64,000 bases of DNA from Octopus bimaculoides. Taxonomy: Eukaryota. Below, one piece after another: positions 39,870 through 54,130 of this stretch (positions are counted from its first letter, which is position 1; every line of letters starts with the position of its first letter). The position numbers were made by a program, and so were the translations under genes. The notes beneath the pieces were generated by a model, which saw nothing but the letters and a program-made list of their open reading frames with translations, had not been told where the DNA came from and searched no databases. The stretch covers positions 50,745,126-50,809,125 of the forward strand of contig NC_068981.1 of assembly GCF_001194135.2 (NCBI RefSeq). The letters are read 5' to 3'.

Positions 39870-40345
39870 ACCAGTTACATATTTCAGGACCTCTTTCTCA
39901 ATGCCCTTCCACTCAGCTTTTGGGAAATGCAGGCTAGAGATGAGATGAGCATTTCTAGTATTTCGTATGTCCGTGGTCTTTTGTGGTCCATACATCACTA
40001 GCTCTATTAAATTATGCTCCGAAAGAAGCGTCGGTGTCACTTTCACGTCATATATGAGTACCGAGCCTTTTTCAAACATAGGTCCAGGATATTCTTTCCC
40101 CTTGTGGGGGTGATGTACCATCTGCTCCACAAAGAGTACGTTAGTGAAGCCAAGCAAAGACTCTGCATGCTTCCGAATTTCAAGTGACATACTTGAAAGG
40201 GGACAACCCTCTGGCCATTTTACATAAGGGAGATTGAAATCCCCTAAGGGAAGTATGAGCAGGTCATTGTCAAGATTCGTCAAAACGTCTCTCATTTTTT
40301 GGAGGCACTCTTCAAATGAGTTCTCATGATCTGGCGCATCTATAC
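39870..40345 (-). mobile_element. APE endonuclease fragment of a CR1/L2/Jockey-group LINE
   Basis: Minus ORF: LGDFNLPYVKW...EQMV...LLSEHNLIEL (GDFN and SDH-like motifs). Confidence 0.85.
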
Positions 40346-40357
40346 ATATATATATAT

Positions 40358-40403
<46 letters not shown>

Positions 40404-40711
40404 GCACCAGGTCTATCTATATATANNNNNNNNNNNNNNNNNNNNNNNNNNNNNNNNNNNNNNNNNNNNNNNNNNNNNNNNNNNNNNNNNNNNNNNNNNN
40501 NNNNNNNNNNNNNNNNNNNNNNNNNNNNNNNNNNNNNNNNNNNNNNNNNNNNNNNNNNNNNNNNNNNNNNNNNNNNNNNNNNNNNNNNNNNNNNNNNNNN
40601 NNNNNNNNNNNNNNNNNNNNNNNNNNNNNNNNNNNNNNNNNNNNNNNNNNNNNNNNNNNNNNNNNNNNNNNNNNNNNNNNNNNNNNNNNNNNNNNNNNNN
40701 NNNNNNNNNNN

Positions 40712-40758
<47 letters not shown>

Positions 40759-41356
40759 TGTGTGTTTGTGTGTGTGTGTGTGTGTGTACACGGGTGTGTA
40801 TGATTGTGTATAGGAGAATATATTATTCGAAGAGATTCCAACATTGATTTTCACATTTTTATAATAATGTAATAAAATATGATAGAGTATTAAATGTCAA
40901 TTCTGATTGAGCTAGTTCTTTCATGCCTTAAACTACGCAATATTCAGTTTCATCTAGTAGTTGTGACAGTCATGTTTTACATTTTACAATTGTGGCGAGA
41001 TGGCCAACTTGTGTGCCTTATATACATTTGTATAGGCTTCAGAATGTTAATTTTTGCAAACTGTATTCTGACCGAACAGTGTGTGATTTTACTAAATTAC
41101 TTAAGTTGATTGGTGTTTGGTTTAGGCGTCACGGTTTGTTGAACATGTCAAGGCACCTGTATTTTGACCCTGACCGAAGCATTAATTGTTGGGCTATTAT
41201 TAGAAATGTTGTAAATAACATTTCACAGTGATTTTTACATTTCAATGCTCATCATCATCATTACCATGTCCTTTATTATTGTTGCCGTTGTTGTTGGTGT
41301 TGCTGTTGTTGTTGTATGTAGTGGTGGTCGTGGTGGTGGTGTTGTTGATGTTGTTG

Positions 41357-41388
<32 letters not shown>

Positions 41389-41479
41389 GGTGGTGGTGGT
41401 GGTGGTAGTAGTAAGAGTATCTGTGGTAATAGAACTTTAAACCCCGAAATTAGATAACTTTTACTGACAGTAGAGATAG

Positions 41480-42140
41480 TACCTCTCAATATGAGTATTA
41501 CTGTTTATTTAGCTTGGGTTGGAATATATTTATAAAGACTTCGAATTTAACTTGGGCTATGTAGTTTGTGGAATGGAAATATTTCAAATATTCTCCGACC
41601 GCATCTTTCTAGATGGTTACTCAAAGGTATCTCACGGACATCTGGCTCTCTAATTTGCTGTTGGTGCACACGCGAACGTTCTGATAATGCATTTCCAGTC
41701 TGACTTAAATATAGTTCTTCACAATTTGGGCATTTGATGAAGTAAATTAAATTTCTGCTTTTGCAGTTCATATTTACACTTGTGAATATTTTTCCGGTTT
41801 TGGGGTTCGTATTTTGTCCAGTATGTATGAATTGACATGTGCTATATCGGCTATCATTGCGCTAATATAGAGCCAATGATTGGTCTTTGTTGCCAATGTC
41901 AAACTTTGCTTTTGTTAATAATGTATTCAAAATTTTAGGCTCTCTTTTACTAAAAACTATAGTTCGATCTGTGATTATATCATTTAATACATTACACTGA
42001 GCAATGATTTGTAGGTTTGCTTTGGCAATGTTCAAGATATTCTGGTGACATGCGTTGTGTGTCACTATAAATGAAATGACTTGTTCCTGTTTTCCTCTTC
42101 TTTGGATTGTTCTCAGTTGTTGTATGGGTATTTTTATAGC
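41480..42140 (-). mobile_element. Penelope-like element 3' part with GIY-YIG endonuclease
   Basis: MNCKSRNLIYFIKCPNCEELYLSQTGNALSERSRVHQQQIR..IPLSNHLERC; terminal VFINIFQPKLNKQ*; upstream IVFSKREPK.LNTLLTKAKF. Confidence 0.9.
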
Positions 42141-42294
42141 CCACTGTATATATATATATATATATATNNNNNNNNNNNNNNNNNNNNNNNNNNNNNNNNN
42201 NNNNNNNNNNNNNNNNNNNNNNNNNNNNNNNNNNNNNNNNNNNNNNNNNNNNNNNNNNNNNNNNNNNNNNNNNNNNNNNNNNNNNNNNNNNNNN

Positions 42295-42730
42295 TCCTGT
42301 TCTTACTATTTTTACTGTCTTGTTCTCACTGTCCTGTTCTTGTTAACATTTTCACCCTCCGCAAAAAAATTCTAAATTTTACTTAATTTGCTTTGCGGGA
42401 AGGACTGTTCCAACGAAGTTGCGTATTGTCCTCGCCTTCGAAACGCGGAGTAGATGGAACAGGGGCAACTGACGAAGGGTTATACTCTTTATGTTGCATG
42501 TCTCGTTTCTCTGTTTACATTTTTCGTTGTTCGAAAAAAAGTTCGTTTAATATTTTCGTCTGTTTTCATTTCTCATTGTGTTTAAGGTTTTTTTGATGTT
42601 CTGTACCCATATATGCATGTATGTATACATATAGATGTAGGTATGTACATATATGTATGGATATATGCATATGTTTATATATTGTTTATATTATTATATG
42701 ATCGAACGCCACTTCACCTTTTCCAAGTAA
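42295..42730. repeat. Penelope-associated terminal-repeat-like sequence
   Basis: Homologous to 39665-39865 and 54131-54400 in the opposite orientation; lies at the 5' side of the Penelope fragment across an N gap; pLTR identity is inference. Confidence 0.6.
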
Positions 42731-42742
42731 GTTTTATCTATC

Positions 42743-42825
<83 letters not shown>

Positions 42826-42842
42826 ATCTATCTATCTATCTA

Positions 42843-42910
<68 letters not shown>

Positions 42911-43739
42911 TATGTATGTGTGCGTGTGTATGTATGTATGTATGTATGTATGTTTGTATATGTATATAGGTATGTATAGATATAGATATATGAATGTGGT
43001 GATTGTTTGTTGTCGTGTGAATGACCGAATGCATATTTATTTGCATTTCTATTAACATATATTCATAAATGTGATTAGCAGTGTATTAAATCTGAGATAT
43101 ATTATTAGAAAACACAATTAATCTAAAATTACTATTTTGAAATTGCCATATGACAAAAGGTATACATTAATTAAGAAGTAATATACTTTATAAAGCAATT
43201 AAAATAAATGGAAAACAATCAATTTACTGGATGAATGGTTTTTGTTAATAGAATATCATACGTGAATCAAATTATATTGTTTTATCTTTTTTAAAAAAAA
43301 ACAGAATCAATGTGAACGACGGAAAATATCTCAACTACGGAGATTTAGGTGAGCTTTCGTTTTTGTTTATAAGAAATAAATTGAATCTGCATTTTATGAT
43401 ACGGTAGAAGTTAATCCTACCTATCTACATTTTATTTGCCCACGTCAGACTTATAGCACTAACATGATCTGTGCAAATTATATGTACACAGATATACTGA
43501 TGTATACATGTATGTATGTACGTCTGTATGTACGTATGTATGTACACATGTATGCATGTATGTCATTATTCAATTTATTTCAAGATGTCTTGCCAATAGA
43601 AAAAGAAGCAGTTTCTAACATACATCCAAGGCTTCTTTTTTGAATTTCAACATCAACAACAGGGTATTTTTGTATGTATGTTTGTATGTATGTATGTATG
43701 TATGTATGTTTGTGCAGATTTCTTTGTTTCATGTATGTA

Positions 43740-44100
43740 TTCTCGTGTATATAGTTGCGTATCTAAACATATTCAAATATATTTAAATGATAAACTTCTG
43801 GAAAGTTTTACAGATATTAATAGTTTCTCAAAATTAGTATTTAGGCAATGTGTTACATATCCCAGGCCTCCAATAATTACAGGTATAAATCTGAACTTGT
43901 AATCTAGATAGAGTAACTGCAGATTTCTTAATTGTTCAGTATAAACGTTCTCTTTATCACTAATCTTCGGCTTTACATCCGCTAGGCAGATAATTTCCAC
44001 AACTGTGTACAGTTTCTCATCTCTATCCTAAGTCATTATATCATGTCTGTTGTGCTTACATTTTATTGAGGTCTTCACTGGTACATTCCACCAGTATTTC
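43740..44100 (-). mobile_element. R4/Dong-like non-LTR retrotransposon RLE domain fragment
   Basis: Minus translation WNVPVKTSIKCKHNR.DI....DEKLYTVVEI...KENVY...LQLLYLDYKFRFIPVIIGGLGYV. Confidence 0.82.
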
Positions 44101-44249
44101 TTTTTAATATGAGTGGCTATGGCTTCTACTATATGGTGGGATCTTATTTCTTTGTGTGTATGTATGTATGTATGTATGTAATATACATGCATGTATGTAT
44201 GCATGCATGTATGTATGTATGTATGTATGTATGTATGTATGTATGTATG

Positions 44250-44405
44250 GGTGACAAAATATTTGAACTCTTATATATATTAACTTGTCACTGTTGGAGA
44301 ACTGAGAAAGTTCCTCAAGACTGGATTGGTGCCATTTTAGTCTCTTTGTATAAAAGGCTGTGTGGTAATTTTCGTGGGATTTTGCTTTCGTCTGTGGTTG
44401 GATAG
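44250..44405 (+). mobile_element. RTE-clade LINE RT fragment
   Basis: CWRTEKVPQDWIGAILVSLYK..CGNFRGILLSSVVG matches the RTE RT entry motif CW..G.VPQDW.DA.IV.LYK..C.NYRGISLLS. Confidence 0.8.
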
Positions 44406-44866
44406 ATATTACAAAGATTTCAGAAATAACAGATGCTTTCAGAAGATTATCCAACTTGCACCAGCTAATAGATATCTAAATATTTCATTGCGTGTCAACA
44501 TTGAGATAAAAAAAAATTCGCACGTGAACATTTTCCAAAATTGAACAAAGGATCTTTTCCAGGAACCTGTCTATTCCACCAAGAAGAGTGAATTAATCCT
44601 TTCTCAAGATGGATGCTTATAGATTTCATGTTTTCTGTGTCCAACATAGTTGTAATAAGAGTTAAAAACAAAAATACGCTTCCTTGTGTTATGTTCCGTC
44701 ACAAACTCACTAAAATTTGATGTAATGGCCCACAGATAAAAATTCATTTCCTATTGTCAGTAACTCTTGTTTCATTTCAATCACTACAATGTTCAGTTAA
44801 ATGCGTTCGGTTAAGCATTTAACTGAACACATATATCTATATATTTATCTATCCGTCCATATGTGT

Positions 44867-44929
<63 letters not shown>

Positions 44930-44964
44930 TATTAATATTTCGCTTAGGTACGGGTGTTAAAAGT

Positions 44965-45004
<40 letters not shown>

Positions 45005-48000
45005 TTCTGTACGAAGCGTCAGTCGAGTACAGAGCGGTAATAAGAAATTGGGATGACAAAGGAATAAGAATTTTTATAAACTTCATTAGCTTACATCAGT
45101 TTGTCATTCTCCTTTTTCTCCTCATCTCTCGCTCTCTCTCTCTCTCTCACACACCTCACTCTTTTTCTCTCCCTCTCTCTCACTCACTCTCTCACTCTCT
45201 AGCTCGCTCACTTTGCTCTAAAATTGCGCTCCCTTGTTTATATTACTGGCATTTCTCTGTAAGTTCTTACGTATGTAATTCAAATTTCTTTCACTTGGAG
45301 GTTTATTGATATATCTTTCATGTGTGTCTTTTTCACATGGCATATTGTGTCATGAAAACCATTTTAAGCCCAACAACGCTGAACTATGCTGCGCACGATG
45401 CATTTTGTGTTATATATATTACAAATATCAAATTCATAAGAAAGAAACAGTTTCTAAAGAAAATAAATCCTAATCTATTCATGTCAAGCGGACAGTAAAT
45501 AAGTGAAACTTACTCTGTAACTAGCAGAAGATTATTTTCAGGCAGCAAGCAGAGAGAGATTCTGATGCCAAAGAAGATGTCTATATTTATGAATATAGGC
45601 ATCTCCAGTGGATACATGAAGAATGAAAGTGAAAAAAATTCAAACGAGTCCTTGCGAAGAATTTATTAAATAATATTACAAACTTATATTAAATGTTTGT
45701 GTAGGAAACACTTTTATATGAAGAGTATTCTTGAAGTGTGAAGGCAAAATGACGAAAACCTCAAATGCTTTGAAATATCGGTGCTATTTTATACATAACG
45801 AGCAACGAGGAAGCAGTCTTTAAAGGAGGCATCAAATTTTGCACATTGAACACTCGCGATACTGAGTTTTTCATTACAACAAAATGTTATGTTTAATAAA
45901 CATGAATATGTTATTTTCTTTATTGCATTCTTGATTCGTGTCTTTCCCTTTTCATTATATATGAATGCACGCACACAACACGCTGTCAGTCTTATGAATC
46001 TCTTGCATTGAAAACATGCACGCATTATGATACACAACTATGTATGCCTGTGATAAGCGTTTAATCCAGATGTAAAATTTATACGTCGAGATTCATCCTC
46101 ATATTTCTTTATCTCTACGTTTTATTGCAAATTCACCTGAGTTGATTTTTGTGTTGTCTTAAGCCATCTCCATTTCAGAATATATCAATGACATTCAAAA
46201 ATTTAATTATATTGAATAAAATGTCTTAATTTAATATAATGTATGAAATATTTCTCTTTTTTAATTGAAGTTGAGCAAATGTCACTTCCGTTGTCATGAC
46301 TACGCTTTTAAAGGAGGAAGATGAATTCAGAAAGTGTTCTAAAAATGTTGTATACTAATATTATTTAACAAACAATTAATAGCGACAGATGCATTATTTA
46401 TACCAAATGATAATGTTTATCTCCGTCTTGACATGGGCGTTATGTTAACACAGAATACTGTTATTCACTCTGGGGAAACAGCTCACACAGACTTCTGGTG
46501 CATAAAAGCAATCGTGCTTATATCACTGGCGGGCGATAATCGTCTTCCACTGCCATCGGAACTTCCAGATCATGTGATTTCGGCCTTCCTTGGCGAACGT
46601 TATACTATTACCTAAATTTAATTTTTATTGCTATTGAAGTCATTTCGCTTCTGCTACTATTTCTATTGCAACGGATCAAGTAAATTATAAGTATTCTACA
46701 TATAGAATACATTACTAGTCCTAGCTAAGACGAACTGATTATTGGCAACCCAAACGGTAGTGTGACATTATATAGTGTCGTGTCCAATGCTATTAATTTA
46801 AGTCCACTTAGATCTGTTCTATAGATATGCACATGGACCTAATAAATTATGCAGGCTTATTCGACCAAATGAATACCTTTTCACCAAAATCAAACGTGCA
46901 CCTATATTAAAACGAAATGTTGATGTACCTGAGTAGCAAGTACTATCGAACACTTAGTTCTACGCTAATTCAGTCAGTAACATATTCAGACACATAATTG
47001 CACTATTTTACGCTCGAAACACGTTACTATGTTTGGAAATGTTTTAAGGCGGCAAAAGCATAATTTCTTGCGTCTTATATAATTTGGCTAAAGCAATAGA
47101 AAGTGATATTAACAATATATAAAGCAAGTTAATCAACATTTTGTTATCAATCTCATAAATTTCATTATTCGTCTAGCGTGAAACAATGCAGTCCTCTGCA
47201 CATAAAGGATAAAATGGAGCACTTTCCTCGAATATAACTCAATTTCTTCTAGTTTCTGATAATTTATTTATTCACCGACGTTTTAACATGTCCCTAAATC
47301 CGCATTCTGTATTTACCAATTACTATTTCCAGAATTTCACAAAAGTTGTAGCGGAATTAATTCCTACTTTCTAAATACAAACTATACACGCAATTTAGTC
47401 ATGCAAACGTTCTATATTTTTGGATTTTGTGGAACTTACCATACTATCCTACGAATGTTGAAAATGCTAGTAAAACAGTAACATCTGTAAATGGTATTTA
47501 TATTTGCGTTTTCAATAAAGTCTTTTCTCGTAACATTTTAACATTTTTAAATCAAAGTTCATTTGTTAATTGAGTACATACTGTGCTTTGTTCGAATTCA
47601 CTACCTTCTTCAATAAATTACTATTGTCAACGTTAAAAGCATTTACTGAGATATTTCATAGATCATTAATTTTGAGACTGATTTAACATTTAATTGCAAC
47701 GTTACATTGTTGAAGCAAAGAATTCTCTATGGAGTGTTCTGGGATCCAATTCTAAATGTATATCGTTAAGTATTATGTTGCTAATGTTGATAAAGACGTT
47801 ACGTGCTAATTACATGGATTCTGTAGTATATATGTGTCTTAAAAGAGGGTTGATATATTATAAGAAATCAAACTTTAAATGACATTGATATGCTTTGGTG
47901 TTTCACCATCAGGGTATCATGTGAGAAGTGGTAGATAAACATCTTAAAACGGAATTCATACATCTCATTTCAAGTATGAAATAGCAAAGAAAGTACTGTT

Positions 48001-48119
48001 AGATTACGGTGCTGATTGTTTGTTTTACAGAGATATGATCCATGCTGTTACTGCGCACTAGTTACTCTTCTTGGATATGTAGTTATCATTAATTATATTC
48101 TAATTGTTATTCTAACACT

Positions 48120-48139
48120 AACACACACACACACACACA

Positions 48140-48194
<55 letters not shown>

Positions 48195-48272
48195 CCTATT
48201 TCACACACAAACGCACACAGTCACTCACTCACGCACACATACACACGCACGCACACATATACACACACACAA

Positions 48273-48350
<78 letters not shown>
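48120..48350. repeat. compound (CA)n/(CT)n microsatellite
   Basis: Directly visible. Confidence 0.95.
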
Positions 48351-48354
<4 letters not shown>

Positions 48355-49116
48355 CCTAACCGCACATCTTTGAATATAGGCAGAATATTTTTAATGAGGT
48401 TTATATTTTCCTGGGATTTTTTGCTGTTATGTCGGTAAACATTTTCATTTCGTTCAAAGTACATGATCATTTTCATTTTTTCTATAACAATTCGTCGGGA
48501 AACACAAGGACATGAAGCTAACATGACTTACAATAATATATAGCATCGTTGACAGAGACCAGCCATGTTTTATCATATTTTATTCGATTAAGAGAAAAAT
48601 TTCAGTTGCCGAGGTTACATGTGACGTCATGCTATGCAATACTGATAAGAACATGTTATTCTTTTCTGGAAATGTAGACTAAATAACATGTGTCCGCGTA
48701 TAAAGCAAACCTTGAAATCTCTACATTGGAGAAGTAATATAGAATCGCCATGATCGACAGATGTTTACATTAGAAAACATGCAAAATTCCACCACAAATG
48801 ATTTGACAGAATATCGCCTTTATAAATCAGAATTCCAAGCTCCAAACTCAAGGAGTAATTGTTTCTGAAGAGAATAGAACTGAGAGTAGAACTTGCTCTA
48901 TAATGCACAATATTTCAAGAACAGTGTGTTTTCAGACATCAACTTGTCTCAATCAATCGATTGTTTTCTTTAAAACTTTCCCCGTTTGCTAACATAATTT
49001 TCTTTCACTCTATTCTTTCTACTCACTCCGTATTTAATCAAAAAAAAAAAAAAACTTCTACATACCTCTAAGCCCTTTCTCTCTCTCCGTCTTTCTCTCT
49101 CTCCCNNNNNNNNNNC

Positions 49117-49148
<32 letters not shown>

Positions 49149-49156
49149 ACTCTCTA

Positions 49157-49206
<50 letters not shown>

Positions 49207-49212
49207 ATTAAA

Positions 49213-49445
49213 GTGGAGGGACGTGGCTTAGTGATTAGAGTGTTGATTATCAGATTGTAGTTTCGATTACTGGACCGGACGACACATTGTGTTCTTGAAC
49301 AAAACAACACTTCATTTCACGTTAATCTAATCCAGTCATCTGGGAAAAATGAGCAATGCTGCGCGGACTCGGTGTCCTGTTCACGTAGGGAATTTATATT
49401 CGACGGAAGCCGGGAAACCGGCCCTTACGAGTCGGCATGACCGTT
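49213..49445 (+). mobile_element. tRNA-derived SINE, degraded
   Basis: GGACGTGGCTTAGTGATTAGAG...GTTTCGATTACTGGACCGG...TTGTGTTCTTGAAC; ends with GCCGGGAAACCGGCCC as in 586-905. Confidence 0.7.
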
Positions 49446-49863
49446 TAGGTTAAGCTACCTTTTGTACCTATTCGCACCTTTGTAGCTCGTGTATATGTGT
49501 TTTCCTAACATCACAAATGATATTTGAAATTATATTACTTTACAAAGAGATAGATTTTAATATTCTATATTATAAAATTTGACTGCCATTTATTTATATA
49601 TGCACACATACTTGTCTATATGTTTGGATATATAATATCCAGATTATTCATAGTCGCCACTCCTCACCAGTTCTATGTAGCATACTTTTGGTAACGATGT
49701 TAAATAAACTGCAGTTGAGTGAGGACATAAAAACACACATACTACTTAACTCAAAGCAACATCAAAAAAGTATGACAGCTGTTCCAGATACACATAAAAT
49801 AAATCTACACATACAAACATATACATTGTGTGTGTGTGTATGTGTGTGTGTGTGCGTGCGTGC

Positions 49864-49898
<35 letters not shown>

Positions 49899-49903
49899 TC
49901 TGT

Positions 49904-49939
<36 letters not shown>

Positions 49940-50289
49940 ATATATCTATATTATAATTGAGAAACAATTACTAAAAATACTAAAAGAAAGCAATATTAAA
50001 AGCTTGACCCTCTGGAAATATTTTTATAAATTCGTGTTCTAAAAATTGCCTATAATTTTGATTTCTGAATTTATTGAATTTTTTTAACTTAAAATTTTCG
50101 CAAATTTAAATATTTATTGCATTCATTGAGTCCAATTCTTCATGAATTTAAATATTCATCGCATTCATTGCCGAGTAGATTTTAATGTTTAATAATAAAC
50201 ATTCTTAGTCCGTTGTAGACAACATTTTATGTTTTTTATTGGCAACAGTCTCTCATTCATTCTTGCTCGCCTCTATTTTCATTAATGAT

Positions 50290-50975
50290 AATTTAATAAC
50301 AGCTATATAACATTGATACGAGACACAATTTCAAGAATATTATCAGATTCCGGAGTTGGATAAATGAATATTTTTGATAAAATGAAATTTTTTTAATATA
50401 CCGGCATAATTTTTGAGTGATTTTGTGTTGAATGAATGCATGCTATCACAGAAAGTAACCGTATAACTTTGATACGAGGCACAATTTCAAGAATATTATC
50501 AGTTTGCGGTGTTTGTTATATGAACATTTTTGATAAAATGAAAATTTTTTAATATACCGGTATAATTTTTATGTTTTTATTTTAATGAAGAAGTGATTTT
50601 GTTGGTATGGCTACTTGGAACGCTATAAGCCTTACAATAATAAGTATGTGATCGCTGCTATTTCTAACACGCTAAACAAGATAGTTATTAATTAGCTTTC
50701 ACTTATACGATATTTTCGTTTCATGTTTAAACAAAATAGCTGTATAACTTTGATACGAGGCACAATTTCAAGAACATTATCAGTTTCCTAGTTTTGACAA
50801 AATGAAAATTCTTTAATACACCAGTATAATTTACTTATTCTTTTTAATGAAGAACTGATTTAGTTGGTATGGCTACTTCGAACGCTATAAGCCTCACAAT
50901 TATAACTGTGATCGCCGCTATTTCTAGCACGCTATACAAGATAGTTTTTAGCGAGCTTTCATTTATATATCATAT
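50290..50975. repeat. diverged tandem array of three units (about 165-275 bp)
   Basis: TATAAC(A/T)TTGATACGAG(A/G)CACAATTTCAAGAA(T/C)ATTATCAG recurs near 50307, 50462 and 50743. Confidence 0.9.
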
Positions 50976-51109
50976 GCGACTGAAAAATAAAATTTAGCAG
51001 CAAAGGTACAACGGCAGAAAGACGGCCAACTGAATCAGATGAAACCGAGGCAAATGGAATGAAACAGATGCCTGGATATATATAGAGAGAGATAGATAGA
51101 GAGATAGAG

Positions 51110-51165
<56 letters not shown>

Positions 51166-51741
51166 GGACAGATGGTTAGATAGAAAATTTGACAGTATTC
51201 GCGTATTTAATGAAACATGCCTATATACATGTATACATATATCTGTGTGTATATGTTTTTGTGCATATATACATATATATATGTGGTGGGGTTACAAATT
51301 ATTATCTACCTAAATAACTACTCCTTTATAAACAAACATAAAAAAACTGACACTCATAAGAGAGAATATATCTATATATACACTACTTTAATATCTTCAG
51401 ATAACCAAAACCTCACACATAAGTAAGAATATATACATATATCTAAAACAAAACAAAGCCAAGACAAAAATCATGACGACTAACCAACAGGCTTACAACA
51501 AACAAAATTGGTCTCAAATGAAATTGACCTCTTGATAAGCACATGGTTTTCTCTCTCCCAAACAGAAAACATAAACATTTCGTGTCTAAATGAGATTGCC
51601 GAAGATACAACTGAAATACTCAACATGCGATCTGTTAATCAGATACGCAGCAAAGTAAAACGTATTGAGGTTTCCTTCAAACTAATTCATGGTCATTTTG
51701 AAAAAACTTGGATATATTTACTCTTCAAATATCGGTTAAGC

Positions 51742-51955
51742 ACAACAACAACAACAACAGCCAGAAAAAAATGAACAGCAACAACCAGAAGATCATGAAC
51801 GACAACAAACACAACAGCCAGAAAATCATGAACAGCAACAACAACCAGAAAACAATGAACAACAACAACAGCCAAAATATCATGAACAGCAACAAGAAGC
51901 AGATCAACAACAACAGCCAAAAATTAATGAACGGCAACAACAAAAACAGCAAGAG
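51742..51955. repeat. AAC-derived imperfect minisatellite
   Basis: Units like ACAACAGCCAGAAAATCATGAACAGCAACA repeat about 6 times. Confidence 0.85.
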
Positions 51956-52546
51956 GAAGAGTCATTTCTAAATTCCAGCATAATAGCTTATTTACTGTAC
52001 GATAGTCTCTCTTCACCTCTCTCACACTCACCACTCTCACAGCAACCACCATAATTATCACAAAAACCATCGTCATCACCACCGCTGCCAGCATTGTCTT
52101 CTACTACCTCAAATACTAATAATATACCACTGCTTCCCCCACATCGCCACCTCAATCCTACTGTAGTATAACAAAAAAAGACTTTAAAAAATCTATTAAA
52201 CAGAATGCGTGCCCCACGATGCTAACAAGAAACCCGAAAATATGCTGTTATTCACTACGTCACAGGCACTGCACACGTAATGACTGCATCTTCACACATC
52301 TACCTAACACTAGACGCATAATCCAGACAAACATTACCAGCGATGGCCAAACGACAATAATACCAACATCAATAATATCATATCAACATCAATAATAATA
52401 TCAACATCAACACCACCAAATAGTAAACTGATCACATAACACGCATAACACGGAATCCCAATAACACGCATTGCACGGAATTCCAAAATCTGACAGGATT
52501 CCCAACGCGAGAAAATATATCTGCCGACGCACTAAGAGAAAAAAGA

Positions 52547-52800
52547 CTCCTGCATCACTTCGATGATATTTTGAGAGCTTTGAAAAGGGCTCCAACTCAA
52601 ATGCTATCTACCCTGATTTCAGTGAGGCCTTTGACAGGATGGATCATAAGATACTCTTGAAAAAACTATCCAACAGTGCTGTCTCTGGAAATTTACTACT
52701 ATAGATCAAGTGTTTGCTGACAGACAGAACCCAAACGTTATATTCGAATGAGTAAAATCAAGCGCAGCGAAATTCAATAATGGTGTTCCACAAGGCATCA
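52547..52800 (+). mobile_element. CR1/L2/Jockey-group LINE RT fragment
   Basis: LLHHFDDIL...AIYPDFSEAFDRMDHKILLKKL...L*IKCLLTDRTQ...NGVPQG (DFSKAFDKV and SGVPQG motifs). Confidence 0.85.
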
Positions 52801-53025
52801 TCTACATCAGTGACATTACTGTTACGTTAACAAACGTAATTTGGAAAGTTCTAGATCTAGGTCCTAGATTATCCACATCTGGGTTGTACGTTTATTTAAT
52901 ATTTTTCTTACAGGTAAGATGAAATGTTTTATTCTCGTTGCCCGATAACATTTTTCCTGTATATATACTGCTATTTCCAGTAAATATTGGTGCATTGTTG
53001 CACCACTATCTCATCTTTTCTACAT

Positions 53026-53059
<34 letters not shown>

Positions 53060-53629
53060 GTATATATATATANNNNNNNNNNNNNNNNNNNNNNNNNNNN
53101 NNNNNNNNNNNNNNNNNNNNNNNNNNNNNNNNNNNNNNNNNNNNNNNNNNNNNNNNNNNNNNNNNNNNNNNNNNNNNNNNNNNNNNNNNNNNNNNNNNNN
53201 NNNNNNNNNNNNNNNNNNNNNNNNNNNNNNNNNNNNNNNNNNNNNNNNNNNNNNNNNNNNNNNNNNNNNNNNNNNNNNNNNNNNNNNNNNNNNNNNNNNN
53301 NNNNNNNNNNNNNNNNNNNNNNNNNNNNNNNNNNNNNNNNNNNNNNNNNNNNNNNNNNNNNNNNNNNNNNNNNNNNNNNNNNNNNNNNNNNNNNNNNNNN
53401 NNNNNNNNNNNNNNNNNNNNNNNNNNNNNNNNNNNNNNNNNNNNNNNNNNNNNNNNNNNNNNNNNNNNNNNNNNNNNNNNNGGCTGTTTATGCATGTGTG
53501 TGGTCGGACATAGTATCATTTAAGGTCATAGGAAGAATTTATAGTTAGAATTTTGGTAGGAGTGGCTGCCTGTGTGTGTCTACCTTCACATGTGTTTGGG
53601 AGAATTTGTCAGTAGAAAGGTACTGGTAG

Positions 53630-54100
53630 GTTGAAGCGTGTGTGTATGCGTATTTGTATATGTATTGTGTGTGTGTTTTGTTTGCTGTGTGCATGTGTGT
53701 GTGTGTACGTGTGGGTATGTGTGTACACGTGAGGCTGTCTGTGGAGTAATTGCACTTTACTCTGTGCGTGTGTATGCATGTGTGTGTATGTGTACATGCA
53801 TATATAATTGTGTGCGTGTATGTATGAATGGGTGCTGTGTGTATGGGAGGTATGTGTGTGCGGGCGAGTGTATGTGCGGTGTACATGTGTGTGTATGTGG
53901 GTGTGTATGTTGTGAGTGTGCATGTGTGTTTGCGTGTGTATGTGTGTTTGTGCATGTGTGTGCGTGGGTTGTCTGGGGGTTGTGTGTGGGTTTGTGTGGG
54001 TGTATATGTGCGTATCTGTGAGTATCTGCGTGCATTTACGTGCGTGTATGTGCGTGTGTATTTTGACCATGTATGTGCAATTGTGTGAGTGTCTGTATGT
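53630..54100. repeat. degenerate (TG)-rich low-complexity tract
   Basis: Directly visible; explains the H/T- and C/V-rich ORFs. Confidence 0.85.
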
Positions 54101-54130
54101 GTACTGTATATATATATATATATATATATA

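Noticed and set aside
48622-48629. TGACGTCA CRE palindrome
   Set aside because: One 8-mer in 64 kb is about chance expectation; no promoter context can be established
50290-50975. CRISPR-like array
   Set aside because: Eukaryotic context; units are long and homologous throughout, with no unique spacers
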